This document shows, in pieces, positions 1-12,644 of a stretch of 35,712 nt of DNA. Each line of letters opens with the position of its first letter. Positions within the stretch are counted from its first letter, which is position 1. This DNA is from Bigelowiella natans CCMP2755 (lineage: Eukaryota; Protista; Cercozoa): NCBI GenBank assembly GCA_000320545.1, contig ADNK01000649.1, positions 1 through 35,712 of the forward strand. The letters are read 5' to 3'. Position numbers and translations under genes: made by a program. Below the pieces are notes generated by a model. It was not told the origin of the DNA. It made no database searches and worked only from the letters and a program-made list of their open reading frames with translations.

Positions 1-39
1 CCTTTCTGTCTTAAGTAAGTTAAGTTATGATCTTACGTT

Positions 40-621
40 TTGCATGCAATTGCGCAGCTTCCGGAGCTGGCTAAGTGGCAAGCACAGCAGATTCGCTTCA
101 ACCTGATCGACCAACCTTCCTCTGATGCCAACGAGACGCTGCCTGCCCGCAGTCGGAACGATGGGCGGTTTATCGCTCCGAACGGGGTAGCAGTCCTGCT
201 TCAGCGAACGCCGAGTTTCTACCGCGAGGCGCAGGTTACGACGACGACGTCGACGATGATGATGATGATGATGATGGTGATGGTGATGGTCATGTAGTGT
301 AGGCGGCCTCGCAGATCTCTGCGCTACGTGCTCTTGAGAATAGAGCCTGTGAGCAGCCCTTATTCCTCCTTGTGTTTGCCGCCTGATTCTATCTCCAAAC
401 GGCAGGTGTTTGAGATCGAGTCCCCCGCCGCGGAGGGGTGGCAAGAATGGCACTTCCCAGTCACTTTGAGGGATGGCGAGCTGGAGAAGTTGATGGTGCC
501 GCAAGCGGAAGGAGGGGAAGAGGAAGAGGCTATACAAACGTGGCGACATGTCTCCAGTCGACACTACGAGGAAACGACTGGCGAAGATCTGTGGCTTAAG
601 CTTCTGATTCAGAAAAGATAG
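40..621 (+). CDS. 3' end of a hypothetical protein gene (last two visible exons, ~40-234 and 298-621; intron 235-297); 5' part lies outside the window
   Basis: Two same-frame ORFs joined by a 63-nt GT..AG intron filled with (ACG)/(ATG) repeats. The spliced reading is ...TPSFYREAQ|CRRPRRSLRYVLLRIEP...LWLKLLIQKR*. No family recognised. Confidence 0.55.
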
Positions 622-688
622 ATAGGCGTAGATCAAGTAGGGTCGTTTTGGCATCGTGGAGTGCAACGACTTTACTATTGCGAGCATG

Positions 689-731
689 AAACACATAATA
701 GCTGATACTAAAACACATAATAGCTGAGACT
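689..731. repeat. 22-bp tandem duplication AAACACATAATAGCTGA(T/G)ACT x2
   Basis: Directly visible in the 3' region of the first gene. Confidence 0.85.
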
Positions 732-1542
732 AACAAATACAACATAAGCATTACATAGCCGCCGCTTTGCACAGTTATATTAGGTGATAGAATTTAGTTT
801 AATATCCACATTTCATGCGTCTCGTGTGTATTCACATGAATGGCTTCGCACCCCCATACTGTTGTTCATTGCATATCTAACATGCGCCAGAAACCAGTAG
901 TAGACTCTATTAGACTTAATTCTAAAAACGATTTCTCAACATAGAATTGTTTGGTCCGCATTTCTTTATATCACGCTTCTATCATGATGTATGCCAGTAG
1001 TAGCCTGAGCAAGCTGAGGATTGACAGTGAAGTGCGCATTTAATAATCATTGGACGCTTATTCATTGTTCTTTTGGAGTTAAACGTGAAATTCTATTTGA
1101 AAAACGCACGTATACAGAAATCACTCAATGTAGCAACGCACAGCCCTCGAAGGGCCCATCTCGCTATAATGCATGCTATAAAGCCCAGAAGCGTATATTC
1201 AATTGACCCTAATAAGCCGAAACATGATAGATATCCGATTACTGTGTCTATCATAAACTATATACAAATAGTACATAGCGTATCATATATGCAGTGATGT
1301 AGGATGTGCCATGTATTATTACTAAAGACTTTGCAATTGGATGCATGTTCTTTTGCTAGCAGGTAATCACGCCGCGCTAGCTTGTGCTGGCTTTCATCTT
1401 CGCTATAAATTACACATTCCTGGGAATCAAGATCGGGGCATTATTCTAGCATCATTTTTGGCTAATATAACGGAAGGTCATACGGTGTAAATACTTGAAT
1501 TGTAGCCGCATATTTCGTGCTTTATCAGGAAATAGCAGGATT

Positions 1543-3591
1543 TCACCTCTCTGGAGGCTGGAGTCTGACCAAGTCGTTAATATCCCCAACGCCTTCCATG
1601 TCGTTCAATTCTTGCTGAAGCTCTCTGAATTCCATCGAGTCCTTTATTTTCTCTTGGTTCAACGGCTCCCCCTTCATACCCTTCACCTTCTTGCCGAGGA
1701 CGTCGGGGAGACATCGAGGAGTCGTGTCGGTTTTAGGTGGTGGAGAATGTGCGTAGAGGTAGTTTCCCCGAGCGTCCAAGTATCTAACCAAACAACTTTG
1801 TTAGGACACGCGGCTCATGCAAGGGGAGACTCTCTTCATCGTGCTCCAAGCTGCATTGTTCTCACCCTTCTTTGACTACGTGGTAGAGCGGAGTCTTGTC
1901 CTCATCCCCAATAACAAAATAGTCGTTCGGCGTCATGCCTAGAGACAACGAGGCGGGGGAGGATTGTTGATGAAAATGATGGCGAAAGCAACTTCCACAA
2001 AGAGGAAGAAGAAAGTGTCAATAGTGAAGATGTAAAAGGCCCTCAGGAAAGGCTCTAAGACGAGCGACAGTCCATCTAGATGAGAGACAACGGACAACTT
2101 AAGTTGCAGCAATGGCAGTTTTGACTACCGAGAGTATCCACCATGGTGAAATTGGCGCCTTTCTTCGCAAGTAGCTTCAGGATCTCAATGTTCTGGCCAG
2201 GGATGATAGCACAAGGAGGGGGCAAATAACAACGAGCAGGCGGAGGAATCCAAAACATTTTTTTTTAAACTACGCAAAAGATTTTTAGTTGTGGGTGCGC
2301 GCGTGTTGGTTTGACTGATCCCTTTCTCGTGTATGCTGGTGAAGTACGGCATGAGTGAGAGACAAACTCTTTGCCCTTTTATTTTCCATCCAAAATGCTC
2401 TAATGCAGTACCCTGTCGACGGCTGCGATGAAGACAGGAGTCCATCTGAGAAACATCATCATGGAAGTCAGTAATCATCTTCGTAGATGTGCCGCGAGAA
2501 CGGTTTCCCGTTTTTCGTGCACACTCACGTGCAGACAATGCATCGCACAAACAAATTCCAAATTGGGGGCAAAACAACAGAGTGTTACTGAGCCTACAAC
2601 CCGAGCTCTGATACGCTGTTCGGATTCGCCCCTGCCTCAACTGATTATTGTAAAAAATGTAAAAATAGTGTTCAGAGTCCTGCTATGGGAGGGGGGGGAA
2701 TCAACACGTTACTTATAATCTTCGCTAGTTTGAAGTTCTTCTTGTCCAACGCGGTGTGCAATGCCGTGAGCCCCTATGTTAAGTTATCGAGCCCAATTGA
2801 TCAGAATCAGAATCAAGAGGTCGTAATATGTACACGACACGGAGCAATCATCTTCCTGATGCATGCCAATCAGCGCAAGTACATTTCTGTCCCCGATCTC
2901 GGTGTCGACCCCATGTCTGAGTAGGATCCGCGCTATATCTGATAAAGCGAGGGCAGTTGTGCTGAAGAGACTAGAACGTAGCAAAAACGCAGCGGCATCA
3001 CCATAATAATTCTGGTGCGTACCTATGTCGTCATTGATCGCCGCGTACAGTAACGGCGAGAGAAGATTCTTTGTTTTCGATCGGGTCCCAGATACAAATG
3101 GGTCGTATTATTGGCCAGTGTCGAAGGGAGGGAAGGAAGGGAAAATGATGCAGAAGTTTAAGAATAGTGGAGAAAATTTAAGTGTCAGCGGTAGGTAGAT
3201 GTGAGGAAGATCTGCACCCATGCCTTGTACCCGCCTCCTACTCTGTGTGAAAACCACCAAGAATAGCATATTCTTCCACCTTATCTATAAGGTTTGGATT
3301 AGCGCCGAGATCCAAGAACTCCCTGATGAATGACGTCATCATCACTGTTGTTCGTAACCGCGTGCAAAACTGACTCCGTTGTCATCGTTAATTTGTCGCC
3401 ATGTAGGCGCACACAAACACACACAAACATATACACACGCCGTCACCTTAGCAGCTTTGAGTCCTTCTTTATGACCGCGTGGTGGAGCACTGTCCTTTCT
3501 GCAAAAGAAAGGAAGAATAATATAGCCAGGAAGAAGATATGAGATGAAGGACGAAAGCACACACTATCACACGCACGCACACGCCCACACA

Positions 3592-3680
<89 letters not shown>

Positions 3681-4021
3681 TATATGTGTGTGTTTGTACT
3701 AGTATGCTCTATGTGTGCATGGGTGATTGCACTCAGCACGCATCATTCTTTATGTTTCAATTTTACTGACCCATAGGCCCGCGACTGTTCACATCTGCCC
3801 CCACACCCAGAAGCATTTTCACCTAAAAGCAAAAGTGGTGAAGAGTAAGAAAATCAAGAGTCGGGGATTTATCCAACAACACATTGCCAAAGTGTATTTT
3901 TTTGGAAACAATAACAACAACAAGCGATGGGAAACGTTCAGCCGACGCTAGAAGGGCTTTAGAGACTGACGGTGTCGGAATATATATTCGTCCGCCATTT
4001 CTTTCCACTGCACAACATACG

Positions 4022-4092
<71 letters not shown>

Positions 4093-4253
4093 AGAGAGAG
4101 GTTTCTCCTTACAATGTCCATTTTGCCATCAACCGCTGCAGCGTACAAAGGTGTAGCCCCTGATAGAAAGAACATCCACGCGCAAAACAAACACAAATTC
4201 GCTCACACACTAAAACGATCTTGGGCCGTGCTATGTGATACTGCAATGCCATG

Positions 4254-4293
<40 letters not shown>

Positions 4294-4884
4294 CAGCCTC
4301 ATTGTCGTCAGCATCGGCGGCCTTCTCGAGAAGAAGCTTGCACACGCGCTTGTGTCCCTGTTGCGCCGCGGCAAACAGGGGAGTAATGCCGTCTGCACAC
4401 CGTACACCGCATCAGCAGCTTATCAGTTAGGGCCACGATTATCGTGGAGATGGAGGGAAACCAGCAAGAATGGAAGCTCCAACGATGCAACAAACACCGA
4501 CACATCGACAATAACGCAATGATCGTGACTATCAGATGGTAGTTATGTGCAGTGTCATCACTTCTACGTTGAATCCCCGCCAGCACCCAAATCCTTCTCT
4601 AGCATGACCCATCAAAAACACGCTATTGTTGCTGCTGCTGCTGCTGCTGCTGGTGGTGGTGGTGCAACCTTTTTGTTTGGTATTGACAGAGGCTCCGTAC
4701 CCCAAAAGAAGCTCACACGTCGCCTACTCTCCCGACAAAAACAGCACAGCAATGGGATATAAGCACGAGGGTTTTAGAGTCAGGCAAAGTGATGCGAACG
4801 GCCTCTTTCAGGGGGGGGTTCTTCATCGTAAAAAAGGTTTCGTCGATGTTTTGGAATATATCTGCACACATCTTTATGATGAGG

Positions 4885-4932
<48 letters not shown>

Positions 4933-7055
4933 GTATAATATGAGGGGTAAACTCGCCCTCACTCACACCTCATGCCCAGAGGCAGCAGCCACACATAGTA
5001 GACTCGTCATGTTAGGGCCCTGTCAATGGGGAGAATGGCGGGGGACATGGGCGTGAGGAGAAGGGATCGAGGCGAGCGTAATATTCATTTCACAGCGAGT
5101 GAGCGTGTGTTGGAGAGAGGGAGGGAGTGTACCCGTTCATTTGGCGATATATCACAATACTTCAAAAATATCCGTAACACGTCTGTGTTTCCCTTGATAA
5201 TAGAGAGTATTCGTAATGAAGATGAAGTTAAACATAGCAGCAATTGTAGTTGGAGCATTCATTTGCAATGGTTGTGTGTTATTAACATCCGAAATATGCA
5301 GGAAAGGAGGAGAGCGAACAGGGTTGCGATGATACCCTATGAGCCGCGACATACGCTGCGGTTGCATTCTCACAGCTTCGTAGCTTCACCTAAAAATCAA
5401 ACGCAATACCACCGCAGCACGCACAACATCGCACGCAGCATGCACACAAAACAGTGCATGAACTCCATGGCCCTCAACGCGCATCGAGGCCTACATCTAC
5501 ACCATCCTATACTTTCGATCCTAGGGTTATCGATCTCTTTTTCATAAACATGGCAAACGCTGTTACATTGGCGTGCCAATCGAAGACTAGCTTCCGCACA
5601 ATCTCCTCTTGATCACTGTGCGACGCGGCTGTGGGAAAATGTGTTGAAAAGGGGAAACATGAGGAGGCCCTTCATGGCGGCAAGAAACAACGGGAAAGCA
5701 AGTCAACTGCGCAACTTCCGAACAGTGCGTAGTGAAGGAGAGAAGCACTCGTTTCTCCTTTGACGAGCAAAGCAGATATCAATCTAACAAATTTTAGCTG
5801 GCCTGTTACAAGGCCAATCATCATAGAAGGAGGGCGCCATTCAGCAAAACATCAACGACGCACAACTTACTGAAAGCATACCGATGAGGGGTGTTGCTCC
5901 GATGACGTCTCGCACGTTCACATCCGCCTTATCAAAAACCATACATTGCACGCTGTTCTAAGACTAGGAGTTGAGGAGATTCGTATCTTAAAGCTCATCA
6001 TGTATATGTGCTCGTAGCGCTCGCTCGAGCTAGTTTTGGATCTAGCTACACGCACACACGCCCATCCAAAGAGGACTACGGTTTCGACGAGAAGTAAGGA
6101 GAATAACACCATTTCTCTACTCCTAACGCATACCCCATGCTCCCTGAGAACAGCGGCTGCTCGCAGATTTCCGGTCTTGCATGCAAGCCAAAAAGGCGTG
6201 ATTCCTAGCGGAAGAAGAAATCATTGATAAGGCCACGCAGCTCTTTCAAACAATGTCCGCGAGGAAAGAAAAACATGCATCAATTAACTGAATATATGTA
6301 TCTCCTTCTTCGTCTCCTTCCTTCACTTCTCTGTTTCTCGTTTCTTCCTCTCTCCTCTCCTCTCCTCTCAACCGTTCAAATCCGGAATGTCGACTCCTGC
6401 GCCCTGTCTCAGCAGCATGCTCATAGACTTTGTCTTCGATGTTTTAGGGAATCGTACAAGAACAAGTAGAAGAACGAATCATCGGAGAATCGGCGTGTAT
6501 TAGTTCCTTTTTGCAGAGGAAATTTTGTCCACTTTATAACGATACACGCTCAAGTAATCAACAAGCGCAGAAAAATTTGATCTATTTTAGCCTATTTTGG
6601 TGTCTTTCGCTGCCTATCATTGCATCCACCAGTACCGCATCTGCCTCATCATCATCATCAACAACAACAACAACAAACAGCGCACACATAAAGCACACAA
6701 AACCCACCTGATTAAAGGCAACTGTGAAGTACAACGGCGTTATCTCGTTCAGTGTCTGTGCGTCCATATTCCCTTAACACGAACACACAGAGAGAAAGAA
6801 AGACACGATATTGATGTAGCATTCACCATGCATAATTAGATGAGCTTTAACGCGATATCACAAAAGTGTTATCAACTGCGAATCTGTGGCCCTTTCTTGT
6901 GCTGTGCAGAGAGTTGAGGAGTTAGTCGTAGTGACCAAACTGCGACAGCCCCAAGGCTGTTTTCGACTACTACTTTCACATGCTCTCATTTGTACCTCCG
7001 TTCTTTACGAGCCACTCGAGAATTGGAAGAGCCTGATATCATGTATGCGTGCATG

Positions 7056-7097
<42 letters not shown>

Positions 7098-7657
7098 GGT
7101 GTGTGTGTCTGTGCGTGTGTGCGTGTGCGTGCGTATCTTCGTGTTTATGAAGGCAGTGTCCGAGTATGGGGACTGGCTTTGAATGGAAACACGATCGTAC
7201 GTCATCGCTGTTCTTTCTTGCCGTGCAAAAGTGCAAAGGGGTCATGCCGTCTCGATCTTCTAAATCCGGGTTCAACCCCACATCTACGACGATAAACACA
7301 GCGGTAAGGAAGACAGGATAGAGAGGGGGCGGGGGGGGGGGAGACCATTCGGGTAAGAATAAGATAGCGCAAAAGAGAGATATTGAAGGAATAGCCATCG
7401 ACACGGATATTTTATTTTCTTTTTCACTCTTCGTTCATAGCAACCCAACAGCTCATGGAATCGATGTCACGCACCTCGGAGCGGAACGGTGGAGTTCTTC
7501 GTGAGAAAATCCAGCGCAACGATCATCTCATAGTTGGCGTTGGCTGCGATGGCATGCAAAATTCCTGGATGGCAGAAGATGCGACAGGGACAAACACGCA
7601 AAAAAGTAGCGATTATAATTAGGTAGAAGAAGGCATGGAGTAATAGCAATAGCAATG

Positions 7658-7688
<31 letters not shown>

Positions 7689-7929
7689 CAGTAGTAGGAG
7701 CTCTGTACACTGCGCAAAGCAGCCACACCTTGTCCTGTCTTAGTTGTGAATGTGATATTTGCACCGAGGCTGAGCAGCTTGAGGAACATCTGTGGGTCGT
7801 TCAAAGAAACGAACGGATCAGTTCAAGGATGCATTGCATGTTTAATCATGATGGGGAATCAGATTCTATCTGGGAGAAAGCGTGTGCGTGTGCGTGTGCG
7901 TGTGTGCGTGTGTGTGCGTGTGTGTGTGG

Positions 7930-7988
<59 letters not shown>

Positions 7989-8144
7989 TACGAGTGTCAT
8001 TAGGTTACAAACTCCTTTAATGATTTCATACATGTGGCTGGCATTTTTGTGCCGCGACGAACAGAGGTGTCAGACCGTCCGCATTCACCTGTTATTATTG
8101 ATTAGACCTGCCGCTTTCTCTTGCTGCATTACGGAAATCATATG

Positions 8145-8191
<47 letters not shown>

Positions 8192-8714
8192 CATATTATG
8201 TTATATAGGCTCCTCCCCCTTTTTTGAACCTGGCGATCAACGTTTGCACCATTTTCCAACAGCATTCTGATGATTTCGTTGTGCTTTTTCTGTGAAGGCA
8301 GTGAACGTCAAGTAGAAAGCAGCATCAGCGGCAGGTGATGGCAGAATTAGAAGGCTCTTATTTTATTAGTGACAAAGAACCGAGAACACTCGCCTGCGAT
8401 TCTGGAGAATCGCATGCCAACAATCCATCATTGCAACCAACGCACGACAAGGATCTATGCTACTTTTGCAGTCTCTCACAAAGAAACAATCCCTCAGCAG
8501 GGAATGGGGTGTCACACAAAGCATACTTGACCGCACCTGTAAAGCAACGGCGATGGGGCTCTGGCTGTAGTGGTCCTTTCAAGGGTGAAGTTATTGTTTT
8601 TAGATCAGGGCGAACACTTACACCGCTGTTATGCTCATCGCGTCCGTGATTGTGGCTCACAGGTACATGCAAGGATATTGAATGCTTTCTTTTTTTTAAA
8701 AAATAGATATATGC

Positions 8715-8758
<44 letters not shown>

Positions 8759-8964
8759 ACGGGTTCGTGATGTCGCGACAACCTGGAGGTTTGGGTCGGC
8801 CTTGTGCTTCAATAAGATGGAGACGATCTCCGTGTGCCCCTGCCACGCATCAGGCGGTGAAATGAGCGTATCAAGTAGAATATCCCACACGCAGATTTAT
8901 TTCACGATAATGATGGTGATGCAAATAAAGATGGTGGCGGTGATGGATCATGCCGATAGCGAAT

Positions 8965-9036
<72 letters not shown>

Positions 9037-9171
9037 TACTCCCGACTAAATTAAGCCCATCCCCTCCCCCCCCCCCCCCCTTTCCCTCTTTCTAGGATTT
9101 CTTACGAGTTGAGAGGCGATGAACAGAGGTGTAGCCCCAGCTGATCAAGGAATAGGCTCGTGTTTTGTGTG

Positions 9172-9222
<51 letters not shown>

Positions 9223-10006
9223 ACTACGTGGATCCACGCGAAAACAGTAACTATCTTGAAGATCAACACCGGCAAACCATTAACCATTATCATGATCATG
9301 ATAGTAGGAGTAGAGGGCTCTACTACCGTCATTTCCAAGGTTCGGGTTGGCACCTGAACGCAAGCATCCGAACTCATAAAAGGTCGCAGAGCATAACCCG
9401 TGTGGGATAAAACCGCGAGGAGAGAGCAGGGGGGGGAAGAGGGAGGGATATATATATATATATATTTATATATATTTTTATATATTTTTGTTTGTATTTG
9501 TGTCTGATTGACATTTGTATCGTCATCATTTCCAGATTGCTTAGATCAGTCAACGAAACCCCCCCCCTCCCTTCCCCCTTTTCCTCTCTTTGGCAACCAT
9601 GTTCTAGGAGGATTCGAAGGCAGTCCCTGCGGTCGTTTTGAGCGGCGATATACACTGCGCTTACACCTAGGAATGAGGCGGTGCGACATCAGAAAAAGGA
9701 GAGGACAGCAGCTCATTTGTAGCGTCACTTCCCGCATAGTAGCGAACGCAAAGCTCTTTCTCTTTATGTCTCTCCCTCCCTCCCATACACACACGCGCAA
9801 GCGCGTGCGGAGCGAGAGAGAGAGAAAGTGAGAGAGAATTTTCGCACATGTGCATCATAGGAATTGGCGCTAATTTTATGTGCGTCGCTAATTCATCTTT
9901 CTGCCTGACCCTCTTTATTGTCCACTTTGTTGAGAGAAACCTTCAAAGGAGATCGAGAGGGGGTAGGGGGAAAGCTCAGTAACACCACTACAAAGTCACG
10001 GATGTT

Positions 10007-10057
<51 letters not shown>

Positions 10058-11250
10058 TAATTTCGTGTTCAATCCTAAAATTAACACGGAATGATTGCGT
10101 GCGTGGGCGTTCAGTAACTACCCAAACATCAAAACACACACACACACACACACAACATTAAACCACACAAAGATATTAGTAGTAAATTAGCAAATATGCA
10201 AGGCACCTTCCCCTCGATCAACACCCTGAGGGCATTTACCCTTCCTGCATTCACCGCCAAAAGGAGAGGGCTAAGGCCCATGTTGTTCGACCTGTGCCGA
10301 TGCAGCACAACGCATCTCAGCATCCTCACCTAATTTTGACACTGTTCCTGGTTGCATCCCTCCCCCCACCAGCAGTCTTACCTATCGATATCTGCACCCT
10401 GGTGAATAAGGTACTTGAGCACTCCTGCGTGATCTTCCTGCGCTGCCAGCATGCTCGGAGTCCCTCCTGATGGAAAATGAGGGTGAGGAAGCTGAATGGG
10501 GCGGCGGCGGGAGGGGGGGGGGGGGGGGGGTGACGAAAGATGGCGGCTAAACATGAGTTGTGTGGGGCTTCTCTTAGCTTAATTTCAGAGAGTGAGCTGT
10601 GCACGCTGCCGACAAGAATGATGGGAGATTTCCCTCGTGCTGTCTGTGTTATTATTACCATCATGCAACGTGACCTGTGGGAAAACAATGCGAACAGCAA
10701 CGGAGAAGCAGCAAACAACACGAAAGTTAAGATAATCAAGTTCATAACGACAGCGACTGTGTTAGAAGCCACACTAAGGCAGGTCCTTATTGATCGACAA
10801 GAGAGGGGAGGGGGTGTGGAATACTTCTGCATCGGCCCCATGATCTACGAGCAGCCTAATTCCTTCCTCATCGCCAATGTGTGCGCTAATATGGAGGGGT
10901 GTCGTTCCTATAATATTAATTAGATGAATAGCGTTTAGAGCCACGAAAAATCCACATATTTCGCACTCTGCCTTTTATTTTCCTTCTCACCTCTCGATGG
11001 CTCCTGGGAATTGATGCCGGCACCTACGATTGTGGTGATCGTGCGTACATGTGCGCATTCATCATCAATAATAGCATCACCATTGTTGTTGTTATTGTTG
11101 TTGATGATGATGACGACAGTGGTTTTGAAATCGAAAACCCACCCGCCGATAGAAGTTCCTTCATCAATGCCGTATTCATGGTGTAGGCCTGATAATTTGT
11201 CATTGCTCATGAGTAATATTATCTCCCACACGGCTTGAAACGGCATTTGT

Positions 11251-11301
<51 letters not shown>

Positions 11302-11987
11302 TTCTCTCTCCCCTCTCTCTTTCTCTTCCATCCTTTTTCCCTCACCGCTGCGTGAAGCCCCGTCCATCCAAAGTGCCCATGGCGCATATCCGGGTCATTC
11401 GAGGTCATTCTAAGGATGGCAACGACAACGATGGAGACGACGAGGACGAAACGACCAAAAGACGGGTTGAAGAAAGGGCCTCAGGTAATTTTGCAAGCCA
11501 CATGGCTGCACGTAGAAAGAATTCTCAAAATGTTTTCCAACCAACATGGCCGGGGTGTAGGTGTAAACGTCGCCGGCAGCAAAGGCGCCACCAGCAAAAA
11601 CAGAGGATAATGCAGATATTTGTTTTTTGACGACTTTCGGATCTTCTCCTGGTCTTGCGCAAAGACGATAATCGGGTGTTGGCAGAGCTGTAGTTCAGCT
11701 CCCATCGGGAGGAACTGCATTGGAGTCCTGCCGCCTCGACCTGACCCCACCGACGACTTGTCTTCTCTATGGTTGCCTCCATCCCACGCCCCTCCTCTCA
11801 GCCTGAATAACCTGCCTCTTGCAACCCTCGACGGAAAACTTTCCGTTCGAACATGGGTTCCTCTGGCGGTCGCCGCCGTTGCTGCTACTTTGTTGCTGTG
11901 TTTAATTCGGACGATTGTCACTGCCATGGATACCAACGCCGTCGCAAGGCCGAAAGTAACTCTGTACCGCTTGGAGGTGCCTTTCAT
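1543..11987 (-). CDS. Large multi-exon ankyrin-repeat protein (about 20 repeats, 30+ short exons) with an N-terminal signal/transit-like leader
   Basis: Successive minus-strand exons with GT/AG ends encode ankyrin consensus segments: GWTGLHAAAHIGDEEGIRLLVDHGAD (11400-10820), GLSPLLLAVNAGRVNALRVLIEG (10210-10290), GVSAVYIAAQNDRRDCLRILLEHGANPN (9660-9330), GHTEIVSILLKHKADPN (8780-8840), GLTPLFVAAQ (8045-8080), GMTPLHFCT (7225-7250), GITPFWLACKTGNLRAAAVLREHGADVN (6205-5910), GATPLYAAAVDGKMDIV (4110-4160), TVLHHAVIKKD (3460-3495), LTALHTALDKKNF (2730-2770), IEILKLLAKKGANF (2145-2190). The last exon ends ...RLQPPER* at 1543. The start ATG (MKGTSKRY, 11987) is inferred; upstream in-frame ATGs exist. 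Confidence 0.85.
3593..3677. repeat. Compound (AC)n-(AT)n microsatellite, intronic
   Basis: Directly visible. A similar compound tract lies at 4023-4089. Confidence 0.95.
4254..4293. repeat. (TAC)n trinucleotide microsatellite, intronic
   Basis: Directly visible. Confidence 0.95.
7880..7986. repeat. Compound (GT/GC)n-(GA)n microsatellite, intronic
   Basis: Directly visible. Confidence 0.95.
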
Positions 11988-12644
11988 ATTCGCAACACAG
12001 ACCTCCGTCCCCCGGTACTGCATTCGCCGTAGCGGGGGAGCACGGAGTGGAGGATCCATCAGTTCGGCTAATCTCCCACCCGTGTTATCGTAGCCTGGCC
12101 TCTGCAAGCGGAGGAGCGGGTAAATTCTGTCGGTGAAGAGATTTGTCAATGAGACGACAGACAACCTTAATTTCATGTCGCTCCAAAAAAATGCCCACCA
12201 TTTTCCCATTTTCTTTCTATTTCTCGACAAATTGCTTTTTGGATTTTCAGGGCCGAATCATCTGGCATGTTTCTGCGACAAATTCTCTCCCAGAATCCGG
12301 AGACGACAGCGAGCTTGCCTAAAAATTCTCGGATGGTTTTCCCGCAGACCACATCGAGCTCCAAGGAGAATCTCAGCAGAAATAATGTGATTTTATGTTG
12401 ACGACAAGGTTTTTAATTGCCGAAACTAATACTAGTTTCTTCCTAAATTGGATACGCCCACGTGACAAATGCCGAAGGAACATCGTAAAATATTTGTCTT
12501 AGTCTACCGGGATTGGTTTAGTTGAAATTCAGAAAACCACACCAAAAACATAATGCTTGAAATGGGTCAAGTCGCAGTGCATTTCATATGCGCGCTTCTC
12601 GATTAAGACTAGTTTCTTGATAAACTCGGTAACTAAAATAAAAC
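11988..12644. promoter_or_regulatory. Divergent (bidirectional) promoter/5'-UTR region between the ankyrin gene and pdxK
   Basis: Head-to-head starts about 650 bp apart, no microsatellites. Contains CTCGGATGGTTTTCCCGC (12328-12345) and repeated GACAAAT words. Confidence 0.5.

Noticed and set aside
689-731. Short direct repeats (also 15730-15751 and 20589-20627) as CRISPR or transposon ends
   Set aside because: Only two copies each, with no spacer array, terminal inverted repeats or transposase/cas genes, in a eukaryotic context.
5580-6500. Possible boundary between two separate ankyrin genes
   Set aside because: Ankyrin exons continue in register across this interval with no evident stop or new start.
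8388-8405. Possible 8-nt micro-exon with a GC donor in the ankyrin gene
   Set aside because: The flanking exons join in phase 0 and give a correct-length ankyrin repeat without it.
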